A stretch of 64,000 bases of DNA from Paragordius varius (taxonomy: Eukaryota; Animalia; Nematomorpha): contig OZ176054.1 in the NCBI GenBank assembly GCA_964247055.1, forward strand, positions 4,216,001 through 4,280,000. The letters are read 5' to 3'. The translations under genes and the position numbers were made by a program. Numbering within the stretch: the stretch's first letter is position 1; each line of letters begins with the position of its first letter. Shown here piece after piece: positions 27,586-41,633 of this stretch. Under the pieces are notes generated by a model, which saw only the letters and a list, made by a program, of their open reading frames with translations, was not told the origin of the DNA and ran no database searches.

Positions 27586-28320
27586 ATTAGATAAACACAT
27601 TTATTTTGTCCTTCGATTCAAATTGGGGTAATTTCAAAATTAAAAATTTCAAAAAATATTGAACAAATTGAAACCATGGGATGCACTTATATAACATTAA
27701 CACTTGGATACAACACATTCATTTTAGTCTTTCGATTCGAATTGGGGTAGTTAAATACCCCAGACCTTTCAAAATTAATTTTTTAAAAATATGGATAAAT
27801 CGAAACTATAGCAAAATTTTGCGGTTATATAACATTAATAAACCGATATATAAAAAATTTTATTCAAAAATACTTGTTATTACTTATTTTAAGCTAACAC
27901 CGAAAGGTAAAAATTTAGTCAACGAGACATATGTGTATTGATAAAATACAAAAATAACAAAATAAACCGCTTCTATTTCTATCAATGTTAGATGTAATTT
28001 AAAAAAAAATAGCTTTGATTTACCCTTAAAATTAAGTGAAAACGATATATTTTGCAAAAAAAATATAAATAAAAATGGCGTCGAAGTAGTTTGACAGAAA
28101 CTTTTTTTTAACCAAATTTTATTTAGATTTTTTGGCAAATTTATATAATTTTTATTAGGATAGAAGCATAAATTTAAATTGGGACCGTTTCCTTCAGTAG
28201 TTATTAAAAATCCCAACTATTTAGTCTATGGTATTTAGATAACCCAATTTGAATCGAAGTGTTAATCAACCAAAATATATTAAAAATTCATTAAAAAGTA
28301 CTGATGTTACTTATTAAGAG
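27586..28320 (+). mobile_element. Older decayed copy of the same MITE, interrupted by copy C at its internal TTAA
   Basis: 27586-27696 matches the MITE 5' part up to cacttatataaca-TTAA; the sequence after 28265 resumes the degenerate consensus. Confidence 0.6.
27701..28261 (+). mobile_element. piggyBac-like MITE, full length (copy C)
   Basis: TTAA at 27697-27700 and 28262-28265; CACTT termini; subterminal inverted repeat cgattc(a/g)aattggg. Confidence 0.9.
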
Positions 28321-28415
28321 GTAAAAAACAGAGCTGAAAATTTCGCCATTATGGCATGTGGCATCAGCTATATATATAAAAATGCAAAATATACCTCTTG
28401 TATATATCAACTTAA

Positions 28416-29419
28416 CACTTAGACACACATTCATTTCATTCATTGATTCAAATTGGGGTATTCGATACCCGAAGCCTGTTTAATATTAAATAATTCAAAA
28501 ATGGAGGGATTGGAAACCATGGCAAGAATTTGCACTCATATTTGAATGAACTTAAATATAAAAAAGTTTATTCAATATAAGATATTACTTATTTTAAGGT
28601 GAAACCTTATAAAAATTTAGTCAACATGACCTGTATCCATTAGCTAAATTAAAAAAAATACAATACCCACCACCTGTTTATATTAATGTTTGATATTTTA
28701 ATAAAAAATTAGCTTGTTTTGCTTTAACACTTGGATATAACACATTCATTTTAGTCCTTCGATTATTGGGGTAGTTAACCCCAGGCCTGTTTTAAATTAA
28801 ATTCTTTTGAAAATATGGAAGGAATCGAAACCATGCCAAAATTTTGCACTTATATAACATTAATAAACCTAAATATATATAAAAATTTTTATTCAGAAAT
28901 ACTTAATATTACTTATTTTAAGCTAAAACCGAAAGGTAAACATTTAGTCCATGTGACATATGTGCAATGGTAAAATGGAAAAATAATACAAAATAAACCG
29001 CTTTTTCTATTTTTATCAGTGTTAGATATAATTGAAATAAAAAATTAGATTTAATTTTACCCTTAAAATTAAATGAAGACGATATTTTGCATAAATTTCG
29101 AAAAAAATGGCATCGAAGTAGTTTGACATGGAATTTTTTTAAAAGAAAATTATATTTAGATATTTTGGCTTATTGGGATAAAAGCATAAATTTAAATTAA
29201 GACCGTTTCTTTCAGGAGTTTTTCAAAACTCCCAAATCTAATTTAGTCTGGTATATTTAGATACCCCAATTTGAATTGAAGTGTTAAAATTAAATAAACA
29301 CGAAAATTCTCAAAACTGTCGTAAAATAAAAATGGCGTCGAAGTAGTTTTATAAGTAATAAATTTGGAGCCGCTTCTTTCAGTATTTTTTTTTAAAAATA
29401 TCAACTTAAATCGAAGTGC
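28416..29419 (+). mobile_element. piggyBac-like MITE, older copy D, with copy E nested inside
   Basis: Starts TTAA-cactt at 28412-28420 and is broken at TTAA 28724-28727. It resumes after 29287 with aaaatggcgtcgaagtagttt and ends near aaatcgaagtg. Confidence 0.7.
28728..29283 (+). mobile_element. piggyBac-like MITE, full length (copy E)
   Basis: TTAA at both ends (28724-28727, 29284-29287) and CACTT termini. Confidence 0.9.
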
Positions 29420-30649
29420 AAATAGGTTCGTCCCAACAGACTGTAATTCCCATGAAGATATACCACAAACCAAACAACAATATATTAAATCGCTGAAATG
29501 CTTTCCTGCTTACAATAAACACTCTATGCAAGAAATTCTTTTTTATCACAGCTTAAATGCCCATATCTATAGATTCTGCAAAAGTATTAAGATGTACGGT
29601 GCACCTAAACGATTAGAATGGCTTTGGAGTTGGTAGTTTATTTTGAATGCTAATTCCTCATATTAACTGAATTGCACACTTTGATCATTTTCAAATAAAA
29701 TTTTAGAAATGAGCATATGTGGATAAATATAACTTATGCTAACAAATAATCAGTTTTTTGTTTATCAGTTTTTTGTTTATATCATTGTTTCACGGATTTA
29801 CGTACTGTTAATACAAAACATTATCAATCTGTCATTTACCTATGAAACTTATACTCATTTTATTAAAACTCATTAATGGTAACCGCATAACTTACTATGG
29901 TTTAAATTTTTTTTCATGATGTAATGCGCTAATGCAAACTCAAACCATACTAAACCCGAGACGAGAGACTTGCAATCATTATGAGACAATGACATCGGAG
30001 CTTCTGATATTTGGGCAGAGCCAAATCTCCGCATTTATGATGGTCGAAGTCGAGAATTTGATCGACACGGTTATTTATCTCGGGTTAACGAACCAGTTGA
30101 AGATAGAACTTAAACATGGTGGTAAGAAGGGATAACACTAACATTTGTGATGTGTAATATCCCCAAAATCGGTCTACCTTAAAGGCCGCACTCATGTAAA
30201 AGCATATAAAGACCCTTTTAGCACCAAATATAAAATCATAAACTAAAATCCAAATCGGACTGGACATAGAGCTTTCATATTACTTTGAGGAGTAAGGACC
30301 AAAACGCTTTTTGTATGGTTAATTAAATCAAAACATATAACACGTCGAAATCTTAATGTATATATAAGGCATAACTATACTAACTTACAATAACACCACC
30401 TAAAGCATATATTTATGTATATGGATACTAAAATCAAACCCAATCTCCGATGTGTCTCCCCGCTCTCAAGCTCAATGCCTTACGAGTGGGTAGGGAATGC
30501 CTTGAAGCAGGTGGACGATCTTCCGACGCTACACCTTTAATTGATTACTTGTTGAAAGTAGTGACACATTAATATACGTTAAATTTAATAAATATTAATT
30601 TGATTTTTAGCGCCTAAAAAACATTAAATTTTAAACAAAATTAAGGAGA

Positions 30650-31440
30650 TATGATTATTTGAAATATTTGTTCTGAAACATTCTTTTGTCGAACTTAGAC
30701 GCTTTGCAAAAAAGTGCTTCAAACTCAATATTATATTAAAGCTCCTATTTTCACGCTAAGTGGGACTAAAACAAGAGGCTATTCTTGGGTTATTCACCTA
30801 GGCGCAAACAATACAAAAAGGATATTATTGAAACTGACTGTGCCCGGAGTCGTGCTTCAAAGCTTAAAATTGTTCAGAAATTTTGCATGGGCCCAGAACT
30901 GAGAGGCTAATTTAAAAAAGGGCTTAGTCAGCTATCCGCGATATTGCAAAACCATTAAAAAATATTGAAACTAACGCCTAGACGTTTGTAGCGAATGTGC
31001 TTCAAAACCAATATTTATTTGGAGAAAAACATTTTTACATGGGCTGAAGAGCTAATTCAAAAAAATGGTATGGTAGCCTTCCGCGCATTTATAAATGATA
31101 TAAAAATTAGGAGTTTTGAATATGGACGGGCCTTCACGTTTTCCAAATGCTACAACCTCAAAATTATTTTAAAGCTCCAATTTCAATGCTTCTATTTTCA
31201 CCTTAAGGGGGGTAAATTGAAGGGCGAAAAAAGAGCTTAGTCGATTTCGGCGCATTTGTAAAACATTATAAAAAGTACATTATTGAAACTGGATAGCCCA
31301 CACATTTTCTGGAAACGTCTTTTAAACCTAAATCTTTACGGAGTTCTATTTTCTCAAACTCGATTTTTGCAGTGGCGCAAAACTGAGGGTCTATTTGAAA
31401 AAAGGGCTAGGGTCACTGTCGGCCTATTCAAAGTGATTAA
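30650..31440. repeat. Degenerate tandem array with ~150-160 bp units
   Basis: Recurrent motifs such as aaaaa(g)ggct(t)ag, attgaaact, gtgcttcaaa and ctattttc at roughly regular spacing; similar to 52380-52790. Confidence 0.55.
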
Positions 31441-31832
31441 ATAAATTTTTATATTCGGAAGGGGTTTTATGTTCCCCCATCTTTCTCAAAGCTCACACCT
31501 GTTATTTTTACTAATTAATATACAGATTTAAACATCAAGAAGTAAACTTCGAAATGTACGCAAACTTTGTCATTTTTGATGCTACCGAAAAGTGATAAAA
31601 ACATTTTTATCATTCGTAACCTTATCAAACGTACCATTAATCCAGATAATAGTGTTAAATTGCCAACTTTAGCTATATTAAATTATGCAAAAGAATTTTT
31701 GTCGTACAGCTGGAATCTCATTATTTAGCATCATTAAATTATTTTTTATGGCCCTAGAATAATTTTCTAAGCCCAAATATATTTTTAATCTTATAATAAA
31801 TCCCTCTTAAAAAACCATACTAATAAAATGTA

Positions 31833-32740
31833 CAATGGGTGGGGTGGTAAAAATTTTTTTTTGACTTGACTTGCAAGTTTTTCAAGTCATGGCTTGCTTT
31901 CATGTGATAAAAAAAATTTAGCATTACACGACTTAACACTTCGATTCAATATGCATCTAAATGCCCCAGACTAAATTTGAGTTAGTATTTTTACAAAACT
32001 ACTGAAGGAAACGGTCCCAATTTAAATGCTTCTATCCTAAAATTTTTTTTATAAATATGCTGAAATATCTAAAAAACGATATGTTTTGAAAAAAAAGTCC
32101 ATGTCAAACTACTTAGACGCCATTATTTTACAAAATTTTTGCAAAATATCGTCTTCATTTAATTTTAAGGGTAAAATTAAAGTTAAATTTTTATATAAAT
32201 TACATTTAACGTCGATTTTGTATTGTTTTTCAATTTTACCATTATGTCACGTTGACTAAATTTTTACCTTCCGATTTTTTGAAATAAGTTATATCAAGTT
32301 TGAATAATTTTTTTTATATATTTCGGTTAATTAATGTTATATAAGTGCAAAATTTTGCCAAGGCTCCCTTCCATATTTTTTAAAGAATTTACTTTTAAAC
32401 AGACCTGGGGTATTTAACTACCCCAATTTGAAGGACTGAAATCAATGTGTTGTATCCAAGTGTTAAGTCAAGCAAGAAAACATAATTTGGAGGTGATAAA
32501 AAATCATATGATCAAATAAAACTTAAAGATTTTGCAAGCGGGTGTAGGGCACACTTGACAATGGATAAAATTATTTTGGAAACTATTTATGTATAAAATT
32601 TAGGTTTTATAGGTAATTCAAACCTTTGTTTATGCTATAAATTGTTAATTTGATGTATTTTGGCTAAATAATCTAATCATTGGGTGGATAAGAGAAATAA
32701 TTTAGAGAAAAACTTTGCTAATATGGCATATAAAAATATG
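31833..32740 (+). mobile_element. TIR element family 2 (terminus caatgggtggggtg), interrupted by MITE F and truncated by MITE G
   Basis: 31833-31936 and 32467-32740 match the reverse complement of about 50170-50495. Confidence 0.8.
31937..32462 (-). mobile_element. piggyBac-like MITE, full length (copy F) with a demonstrable TTAA target-site duplication
   Basis: TTAA at 31933-31936 and 32463-32466; the paralogous host element has a single TTAA at 50393-50396. Confidence 0.92.
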
Positions 32741-32744
32741 CTAA

Positions 32745-32971
32745 AAATTTTACCATTGCACACATGACACGTTGACTAAATTTACCTTTCGGTTTTAGCT
32801 TGAAATAAGTTTTGAATAATTTTTTTTATATTTCGGTTTATAAATGTTATATAAAAATTTTGCCATGGTTTTATTCCTTTTATATTTTGTATAGAATTTA
32901 AGTTTAAACACGCTCGGGGTATTTAACTACCCCGAATCGAAGGACTAAAATGAATCTGATATATCCAAGTG
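32745..32971 (-). mobile_element. piggyBac-like MITE fragment (copy G)
   Basis: Ends ...ggggtatttaactaccccgaatcgaaggactaaaatgaat...tatccaagtg. Confidence 0.8.
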
Positions 32972-33419
32972 TTGGAAGACTTGATATTATTTATTTTATG
33001 GATAGCCCCTAAGGTATAGCTTTAGTCAATATGACATGTGGGCATTAACTAAATATAAAAATAGTGCAAAACAAATCCTTTTTTATGTTTGTTACAATGT
33101 TAGATGTGATATATATAATATTTTTGCCTTTATTTTAAACAAACTGGCCCATTTTAGAAGAATCAAAAAATTTGTGTTCGGAGCTAACATCTAAAATTAT
33201 CTTTCAAAATATTTTTTTATAGATTTTTTATGATAGATTTTAGTGATATATTTTATAACATTTAAAAATTTTAATTAAAAAAAATATGCGCAAATTTTGC
33301 CATTTTCTGATATGGTTCTTTTACACAAAAGTGTAATAACTTTTTTATGTCACTCGTGACATCTATAACCATAAGCACCATTAATCCTGGAACATTTTCC
33401 TATTAAAATAATATAATTA

Positions 33420-36261
33420 CACTGTGCAACAAAATATGGGGTCAATTTTCTGGACTCGATTTTCTAAATATTTTCTGATTCCTTATAGTATTGTGATCAG
33501 ATTTGCATAAAAATTTTTTTTACTTACCCAGCTCGTTTTCGAGATATGGGACTTTTTCCATATTTGGACATATCCAAAATTTTCTTGTTTGTAAATATTT
33601 TTCGCTATGTAAACAAATAATATGTGGCTTACATAAGTATTTTTACAAGAAATTACCAATTTATCTTCAAAATAAATAAAAATTTACTCAAAATATCCAA
33701 TACTTTTTGTTTTAGGGGGCAAAAACCCTCAAAAATTGGGTAACTTAACATTTCTTCACACAAATATTATTTATCAATTTATTAAATCAAAACAAACTTT
33801 ATTATATGTTCTTGGATGTTAATGATGTTTGTTTAATTATAAATATCACTTTGTAATAGCTTTGTGGACTTTTATTTTAAAAAATAAATTTAATTTTTAC
33901 ATCTTTTTTGCTGTTTTTTTATGTAAAAAAAGCTAAATTTTACTCAGCTGCATATAATATATTCTTTATTTCATATGATATTTTTAAATATTTCCCACAC
34001 TTAAATATACTCCATATCAGTTTTTTATCAAGAAATATTATTATATACCCAAAATGTACAAAAAATATAATTAATACCCAAGTATATATATTAATAATTT
34101 TAGGATGGATAAAAATATTGTTTGCCATATATGTGGACAATACACAAAAAAACTAATAGCATAAACATTACCACTTACATAAAAAACTATTTTTTTATAT
34201 TATGGGGAACCTAGATTTGGGCCCCGAACACCGTATCTCGGACATGTAGCATTAGTTTATGAGCATGGTACCACAAAACCGGACCTGAACTCCCTTGGGG
34301 TATCCCTATGATATGACTAGAGCCAAAATTCTGAATGTTACTTTTGTGCAGTTCCAAAACCATTTCTTATTAACATTACCAAAAAAAACAAAAAACCTAT
34401 CGAATATCCAAACTTTTCCTCAGCAATTCGTCCTGTTTATCATTCCATTGACCTTCCCGTACCTTCATCTCCAACCATTCATATCGATTTATTTGATATG
34501 ATGGATGATACTGATTTGGAAATTTATCATCAAGATATAAAGGACACTAATAAATTAAGTGGCACTGAGGTGATATCCCTAATCAAAAAAATGCATCTCT
34601 CAAAACGGTATTTTTAGAAAACCCTTCGAAAAAACCTATCAAAACAATATAAATTTAATTTGCGATTATATATATATATATATGAATAAATAAATTATTT
34701 TATTTTTTCTGCACCTAATTTACTTTATTTAAAGTCTAGATTAGATTATCCGTGTCTTAAAATCTTTTGACCAAAATATATTCTAAATATTCACTATAAT
34801 AACTGATTATAATTAGGATTTGCATATAGTTCAATATATTATGATGAAATTATTTATTAATGGTATTATATTTTATTGAAACATTTTTAATAAGATATGG
34901 CATATTCTCCAATTTTCTCTACACAGTCGTCCATATTGAAAGCTAATCTATTAGCTGATGTGATATATAAATTGTTGCGATTGAGTACTTTGTCATGGTA
35001 ATATAACTACCTATCAATAAAATACTTTTATATGGCAGACGCCAAAATCGAATTGGTAAATAATTTTAAATACTTGGGCGATGTCCTAGGTGGAATAAAC
35101 CAATCAGTTAAATATAGATCCCAACAGGCTGGGGTAAAATATCATTAACTTAAATTTATGCTTAAACATATATCAGCAAAAAACAAAGGTTTGATTAGAG
35201 TTGTTGATAAGCGACAATAGTTTAAATTAAATGAAACGTTAACGACAAAAAACAATAATTTAACCGAAGAGACGATAACCCAAATAAAACTTATAAGAAT
35301 ATATGGTTAAAATTATTAAAAATATAATTTAGTATATGAGGGTGCTTTCCTTTGATTTCCCTGTGGCATACATACTGTTCCCTAAACAACTGAAATTTTA
35401 TGGGTGATTCAACTTTTATTAAAAAAGAATTCATTTCCGAGTATCGTAAAACTTCAGGGTAATAAGCTTCTTTAGATTGCACTCTTGACAAAGAGAAAAT
35501 CATCCATATCCCTAAAGTATATATATATATAATGTATTTGATGGTATCAAGGTGTGTTCTTCTCTTATCCAAAAGGCAGACGATTTTTCCGATTCAGAAT
35601 TCAATCACAAATTTATATAAGAATCATTGTCCATTTCATATTATTTTAAAATATTTAAAAATGAAGCAAACGAATCAACATATCTGACACCATATATGGT
35701 CGAAATTTAAAAATTTCAGATGAAAAAATGAAATTAGTATTTACAGCTGAGTAAATTAAATCCTTTTTTACATAAAAAATGCAACAAAAAAGCTGTAAAA
35801 ATTAAATTTATTTTTAAAAATAAAAGTCCACAAAGCTATTACAAAGTGATATTTATATTTAAACAAACATTATTAACACCCAAGAACATATAAAGTTTGT
35901 TTTGATTTAATAAATTGATAAAAAATATTTGTGTGAAAAAATGTTAAGTTACCCAATTTTTGAGGGTTTTTGCCCCCTAAAACAAAAAGTATTGGATATT
36001 TTAAGTATTTTTTATTTTATTTTGAAGATAAATTGGTAATTTCTTGTAAAAATACTTATGTAAGCCACATATTATAAGTTTACATAGCGAAAAATATTTA
36101 CAAACAAGAAAATTTTGGATATGTCCAAATATGGAAAAAGTCCCATATCTCGAAAACGAGCTGGGTAAGTAAAAAAATTTTTTAGGCAAGTCTGATCACA
36201 ATACTATAAGGAATCAGAAAATATTTAGAAAATCGAGTCCAGAAAAAGTTGTGTCACAGTG
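33420..36261 (+). mobile_element. Chapaev3-type (CMC superfamily) DNA transposon, non-autonomous, with ~520-bp TIRs and a 3-bp TTA target-site duplication
   Basis: CACTGTG termini flanked by tta (33417-33419, 36262-36264). Arms 33420-33950 and 35744-36261 are near-perfect inverted repeats. Transposase remnant at about 34200-34560: WAPNTVSRTC...GIPMI*LEPK...ECYFC...IEYPNFSSAIRPVYHSIDLPVP, matching the Chapaev3 WAPH..C...GVPMVWREP..DCYFC...YP...SA.RPVPH pattern as I recall it. Confidence 0.85.
35030..35150 (+). mobile_element. Small LINE RT fragment inside the Chapaev3 element
   Basis: Translates to IELVNNFKYLGDVLGG...VKYRSQQA, like the V..FKYLG thumb motif of LINE RTs. Confidence 0.5.
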
Positions 36262-36304
36262 TTATTTTTTTATCACCCCCGATAAACGGCGTCAAATATT
36301 ATAG

Positions 36305-39300
36305 TCATCATTGTTACATAAAACACATTTTTGTGATGGGCAGCCATCCCGAAGTCTCTAAGCCTACTAATTTACAAAGTTTTTTTTAATAATTAACAAT
36401 AGTTTGGGGATGGGCTTTTTTATTTGTTACCATTATATGTCTTTGTTCAATGGTCGGTGCAATTTTTATATCTACTATGAAGAAAAAATACTTTAAAAGA
36501 ATGCTTCAATTTATGATAGGTCTTGCTACTGGATCACTTTCTGGCTCTGCAGTATTTCATCTCATTCCACAAGTATATTTTTAATATAATATAGGCGTTT
36601 AATATTTACGAAGACAAATTTTATATAAATAAGGCAGCAGTCATCATTGGTGGAATATATTTGTTCTTCATTACCGAATGGCTTATTAAAATATTTCTAG
36701 AGCACAAAAGAGTATATTTCAATTTATATATTATAGGCAAAATATTTTGAAACCAAAAATTTTAAATTTTTTCATCCATATATAAATACTTTATATAACA
36801 AAAGTAAAACGCATTTAATTTTAGAAAAAAATTTCCTAAATATATTTTCCTGTTGTCATGCCACTTCTCAGCATTCAATTAACAATATACCCGTTAAATC
36901 TGAAAAAATTACCTCAGATATAGAAGATGAAATTAAAACGATTAAAGATTCAAGTATGTTTTTATATAAATAGTTTTGAGTAAAATATTGTTTAAAGTTA
37001 TAATACATGGTGTAATATAATTGTAGAATTATGTGAGACTAAAAAGCTTATTATGCTTTTTTATTTATGATTTTTTACTATCTATAAATAATATCGGCTT
37101 TACAAATTATAATGCTTTTATTTACCTCCTAATTCATCAAATGTTAACAGTAGCAAAACCTTAAAATTATATTATTTATTCGATTAAATATCCGGTCTTA
37201 TCTATATAATATTTAAAATTTACAACATTAATTTGGTTTTCAGAAAAAAAAATATCACATAATTGAAAAAATATTTTATAAAGCATATTACTTACGTTAA
37301 AAATAAAGGTAAATCGCTATTAAACCATTCAATATATGATAAATATTATATAAATAATATAGAAATTATAACCGTTGTAATATATAATTTTTGATCCACT
37401 TTATCTTTTTTTGATTTTATTTATTATATTATTTATTGATCAAAACGAAATAACATAATTAAATTTGTCGATGTCTCAAAACGCTTTAAACGTCATTAAG
37501 GTATGTTTAGTTTACGTTTAAATGAATTAAATGTTAACATATAACTTCTGATGATCTGTAATTTTAAAGCGTGTATCAGTTACTCAATTTATTAACAAGA
37601 TATTTTTCGAAAATGATTTTAATTATCCATTAATTGTTGAATTTTAATCATTTTACAAATATTTAGCTATTAGACCACGATCCATTTCCTTCAACATGCC
37701 CAACCAATATGATAAAAGCCTATCTCCTGGTATGAATTATTAAATGTGGTAAAAAACTACCTATCCTTTTTTAATAATCGAATTCAAATAATTGATGAGA
37801 TTAATATAAATATTGTTGGCTGAGATAGGGAAAACTACAAATAATATTGATATATGTGCTGAGTTTGCCTTTTCAATTTAATATATTAGATACTCAATTG
37901 ATGATTAAGTTATTGTTTTTAATTAACATTATTTAAATATTAAACCTAATGTTCGGGATGATTTTTTGAATGACATTACATTAAGTCGATTCTTATTTAA
38001 ATCATAATTAGAATCGTGCTTTGTTTAAAGATTGGGCACTTATTTATAATTATAGTTGCGAAAATATGTTATATTTCGACTCGTCCAATTATTTTTTTAT
38101 ATAATATTTAAAAACTGTTGTCGGATAACAAGTTTATATAGATCGTTTAGTGGCATTAAATACAAGAATATGCTTTTAAACGTTTTCTATAATTACAATA
38201 CCGATTTTCATAATTTCTTTTCATTGAACCTGAAAAAATCTTCTATAAATGATATTTTCCAGCAAAGTAATAAATTTAGCATAGATTCATAACTTTTAGA
38301 AGTATATTTAAAATAATATCTTTGTGCCATTTATAAGGATTGTAACCGGATCGATTAGCTTTTTTGCAACTTTCGGAACAAAAAAAACGATTTTTATATT
38401 AATGACTAAAGTCATTAGCACTTTTCATACTATTATTAATTTCTTTATTCTTTAAAAATATGTTTATAAACCAATATAGGTGATAATAACAGGCTTGGTT
38501 CATGTTTAGATCCCAATACAATATTACTGCCAAATGAATGTTCCACTGTGATTGACATTTTACCAAACGAAGTACATTTTTGTAAAAATTCACCCTATTT
38601 ATACAATATACTAATTAAATCTATTATCATATAAGCAAATATATTTAACTTAATAAAAAAATACTAAGATCTATGGTAAGATACAGCCTTTTTTATAATG
38701 AAATTGGATATTTGCAATTTATAAAAATGATTATGTTGTCAATATTTTGATTTATGTGAAAACAGTTTTTTACCATATACTAAAATTAAACTATAATTAA
38801 TTACAAATTCAAAAATAAAGCGCTTTAATTTGACATTTATTATTTGCTATTTCAAACATTAGCTAATCAGAACATGTAGCCATGAAAATGGGTTACATGT
38901 TCAAGGACAAAAGACGATCGTTACTTTAGCATACATGATTTTACTGGGAGATGGATTGCATAATTTTATCGATGGTCTTTCGATTGGTGCTGCATTTGCC
39001 AGAAATTTTATTTCAGGTGTCAGCATATCATTAGCTGTGATATTTGAAGAATTTCCTCACGAATTAGGTATAAATATAGTGTTTGTTTGCCCTAAATATT
39101 ATCTAAGATTTTTTGATATTTTTGGATTGACAGACTATATTTCAGGATCAGAATAATTGGAAACCTATAATTAAAATCTCTATTTTGAGATGGACATAAG
39201 CGTACACATAAAAATAATTATAAATTTTTAGAATGCCACATTTTAATTTTTTCACATTTTTTGCCCATAAAATATATATCATTTTCTTAATTTAAAAATA

Positions 39301-39719
39301 TCAAAATTTTACAGATTATATTTTAACTCAATATTAATAACAAACAATTCATGATAGGTGATTTTGCCATACTAATAAATTCCGGAATGTCTATCAAAAA
39401 AGCGATGCTATGTAATTTTATATCCGCCTCAACATGTTACATAGGAATGATTATTGGTATATTTATGGGAGAAGATGTACAAATTAGTTTTTATATATTT
39501 TCATTGGCGGCTGGGATGTTTCTCTACATATCTTTGGTAGATATGGTAAATATTTTTATTTTAAGTTAATACTAGATGCCCGAATTGAACAAGGCCATCG
39601 AAAAGGCCAACAAACTTGGTGATTTGACAAACACTTTAATAGCTTTGTTTTTAGGCCTAATTATTGGGCTTTCCTCCATGTCCTTATTGGCTAAACATGC
39701 CTCAATGTTGGAATTCTAG
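36305..39719 (+). CDS. SLC39A (ZIP8/ZIP14-like) zinc/metal transporter; 5' exons not identified
   Basis: [76 protein letters not shown] (the EEFPHE variant is characteristic of ZIP8/14), [13 protein letters not shown]. Confidence 0.92.
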
Positions 39720-39798
39720 TCAATTATTCCCTGTTTTTGTGATATTTTTGTGTATCAGTGAATGCTCAAATATAAATAGTATATTTATTATCCGATGA

Positions 39799-41599
39799 TT
39801 ATTTCCAAAATTGGATATTTCCATCAATAGTCGATGTAATTAATAAATTATTTTCTTCATTTGTTAAAATTTTTGTTATATTATTATATGATTTCGATCT
39901 AATAGCATCCCAATTTTGTTCAATTAAAACTTCGATTCCATCGATCAAACGATTATCATACTTTACATTATTTTTAAGCGCATATGATTTTTCAGGGTTT
40001 GTTAGATCCCAATACCTTACGCATGAATCAGTACCTTTCATTTCAAAAAATATAAATACTTGCTATGAGCATATAATTTTCATCGTTTTCATAATAAATT
40101 TGAGCAATGAAATCCTGGGTAGAATCAGTTTCAGTCAATGGTGGATTTGTATTGAACCAAAATGTTTTTTCACGCGAAAGACTGTAAATATCCCATTTCG
40201 ATATCTCATTATAACTTGGTGCACAAAAAATTTTTGCTGGATCTTTGCTTACCCTTACATGCCTTATTGGAGTTTCTAAAATATTTTATATCAATATATA
40301 ATATATGAGAAATCGTAACCGTTTTTGTTTGTCCAAAATATTTTCAAAAAAACGGTTTGGCCAAATGGTTCCGGTCGTTTCGGCATTTATTTTGATGGAA
40401 TTTGTAATTATCCTAATACCACTGTCGTTATTTATAGATACTGTTCTTCCTTTAACTGTGGTAAAATTAGCTTTTGCTGTGTAGAGTGTTTTTAAACTTA
40501 ATTGACATTTTCCCTTTTAATATATAGGTTAATTTTATGAGTTATTTAGAGTATTTTTTTTTTAAGATTTTTCAGCATTATGCAACCAATAGATTTAAAG
40601 TAGTTGTAAAAATCTAATTTTTAATGGTACATATAATAAAATTAGCATGGTAAAAAAAATTAACAAATTTTCAAAATTATTCAAAAGTACTTTATAATTC
40701 AAATGTTTAAAATAGCGAAATTTTCTGAACCGTTTAAAACCAGGGTTTCGCCAAAAAAAGGTATTGGTTTCAAACGGTTTCGATTCCAATGTTGGTATTA
40801 ACCAAACAAATTCAAAAATTAAGAAAAAGGTCGCCATTATTAATTACGAGAGGCGTGAAAATTTATCACTGGCATTAAAAAACGCATATCCCAACCGATA
40901 ACAAAACCATTTGTGGTTCCATTAACCATAAAGTGCATCGATGGGTTGACATCAATACAAATTGAAGATCCAATCTGTTCATGGAAGTTGTTCATGTTAC
41001 ATATATCGACAGTGTTTGAAACATTTAGGCTAAAACACGACTTTCCACTTCGCATATCGAAACCGTTTATTTCATTTTGCTTAAGGTATATCACAGCTAC
41101 AATATAATATTATACTTATGTACCATTGTGTGACATTGGCATAATTTCCATAATCGAATGCTCGCGTCCCATATTATATTTAATTACTTTTTCTTGTGCC
41201 AAATCTACGGAATAAATGCTTTTACAGCCAGCAGCTATTAAATTTGTTTCATTTAGCCAACATAAGGATTGACCATGCGTATCGAGATCTTTTTGCAAGG
41301 TTGGTCTATAAAAACGTGACTTTAAAAACAACAACACCTTTTCATAAATTATAAGAAAAAAGTTGATGAAATGGAAGATGCTATAACTAATATACTTCGT
41401 AATTATAAGTTATATATTCTGATATTTTAGCCAAAAATTTCACTAAATTTTTGTTTTTATCGCTTTTGATATTAATATTTTTATGACAATTGGCAATGAA
41501 GTAATAAAACATTTTAATAATACAGTGTGTGAAATTTGGAATAGAACATTTTGCAAAGGTCATGCTTACTATGACCGTCTCGTTATTATAAAAAATGCA

Positions 41600-41633
<34 letters not shown>

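Noticed and set aside
36265-36304. Chapaev3 insertion directly into a ZIP exon
   Set aside because: Removing the element and one TSD leaves an in-frame TAA a few codons upstream, so the flank looks intronic or intergenic.
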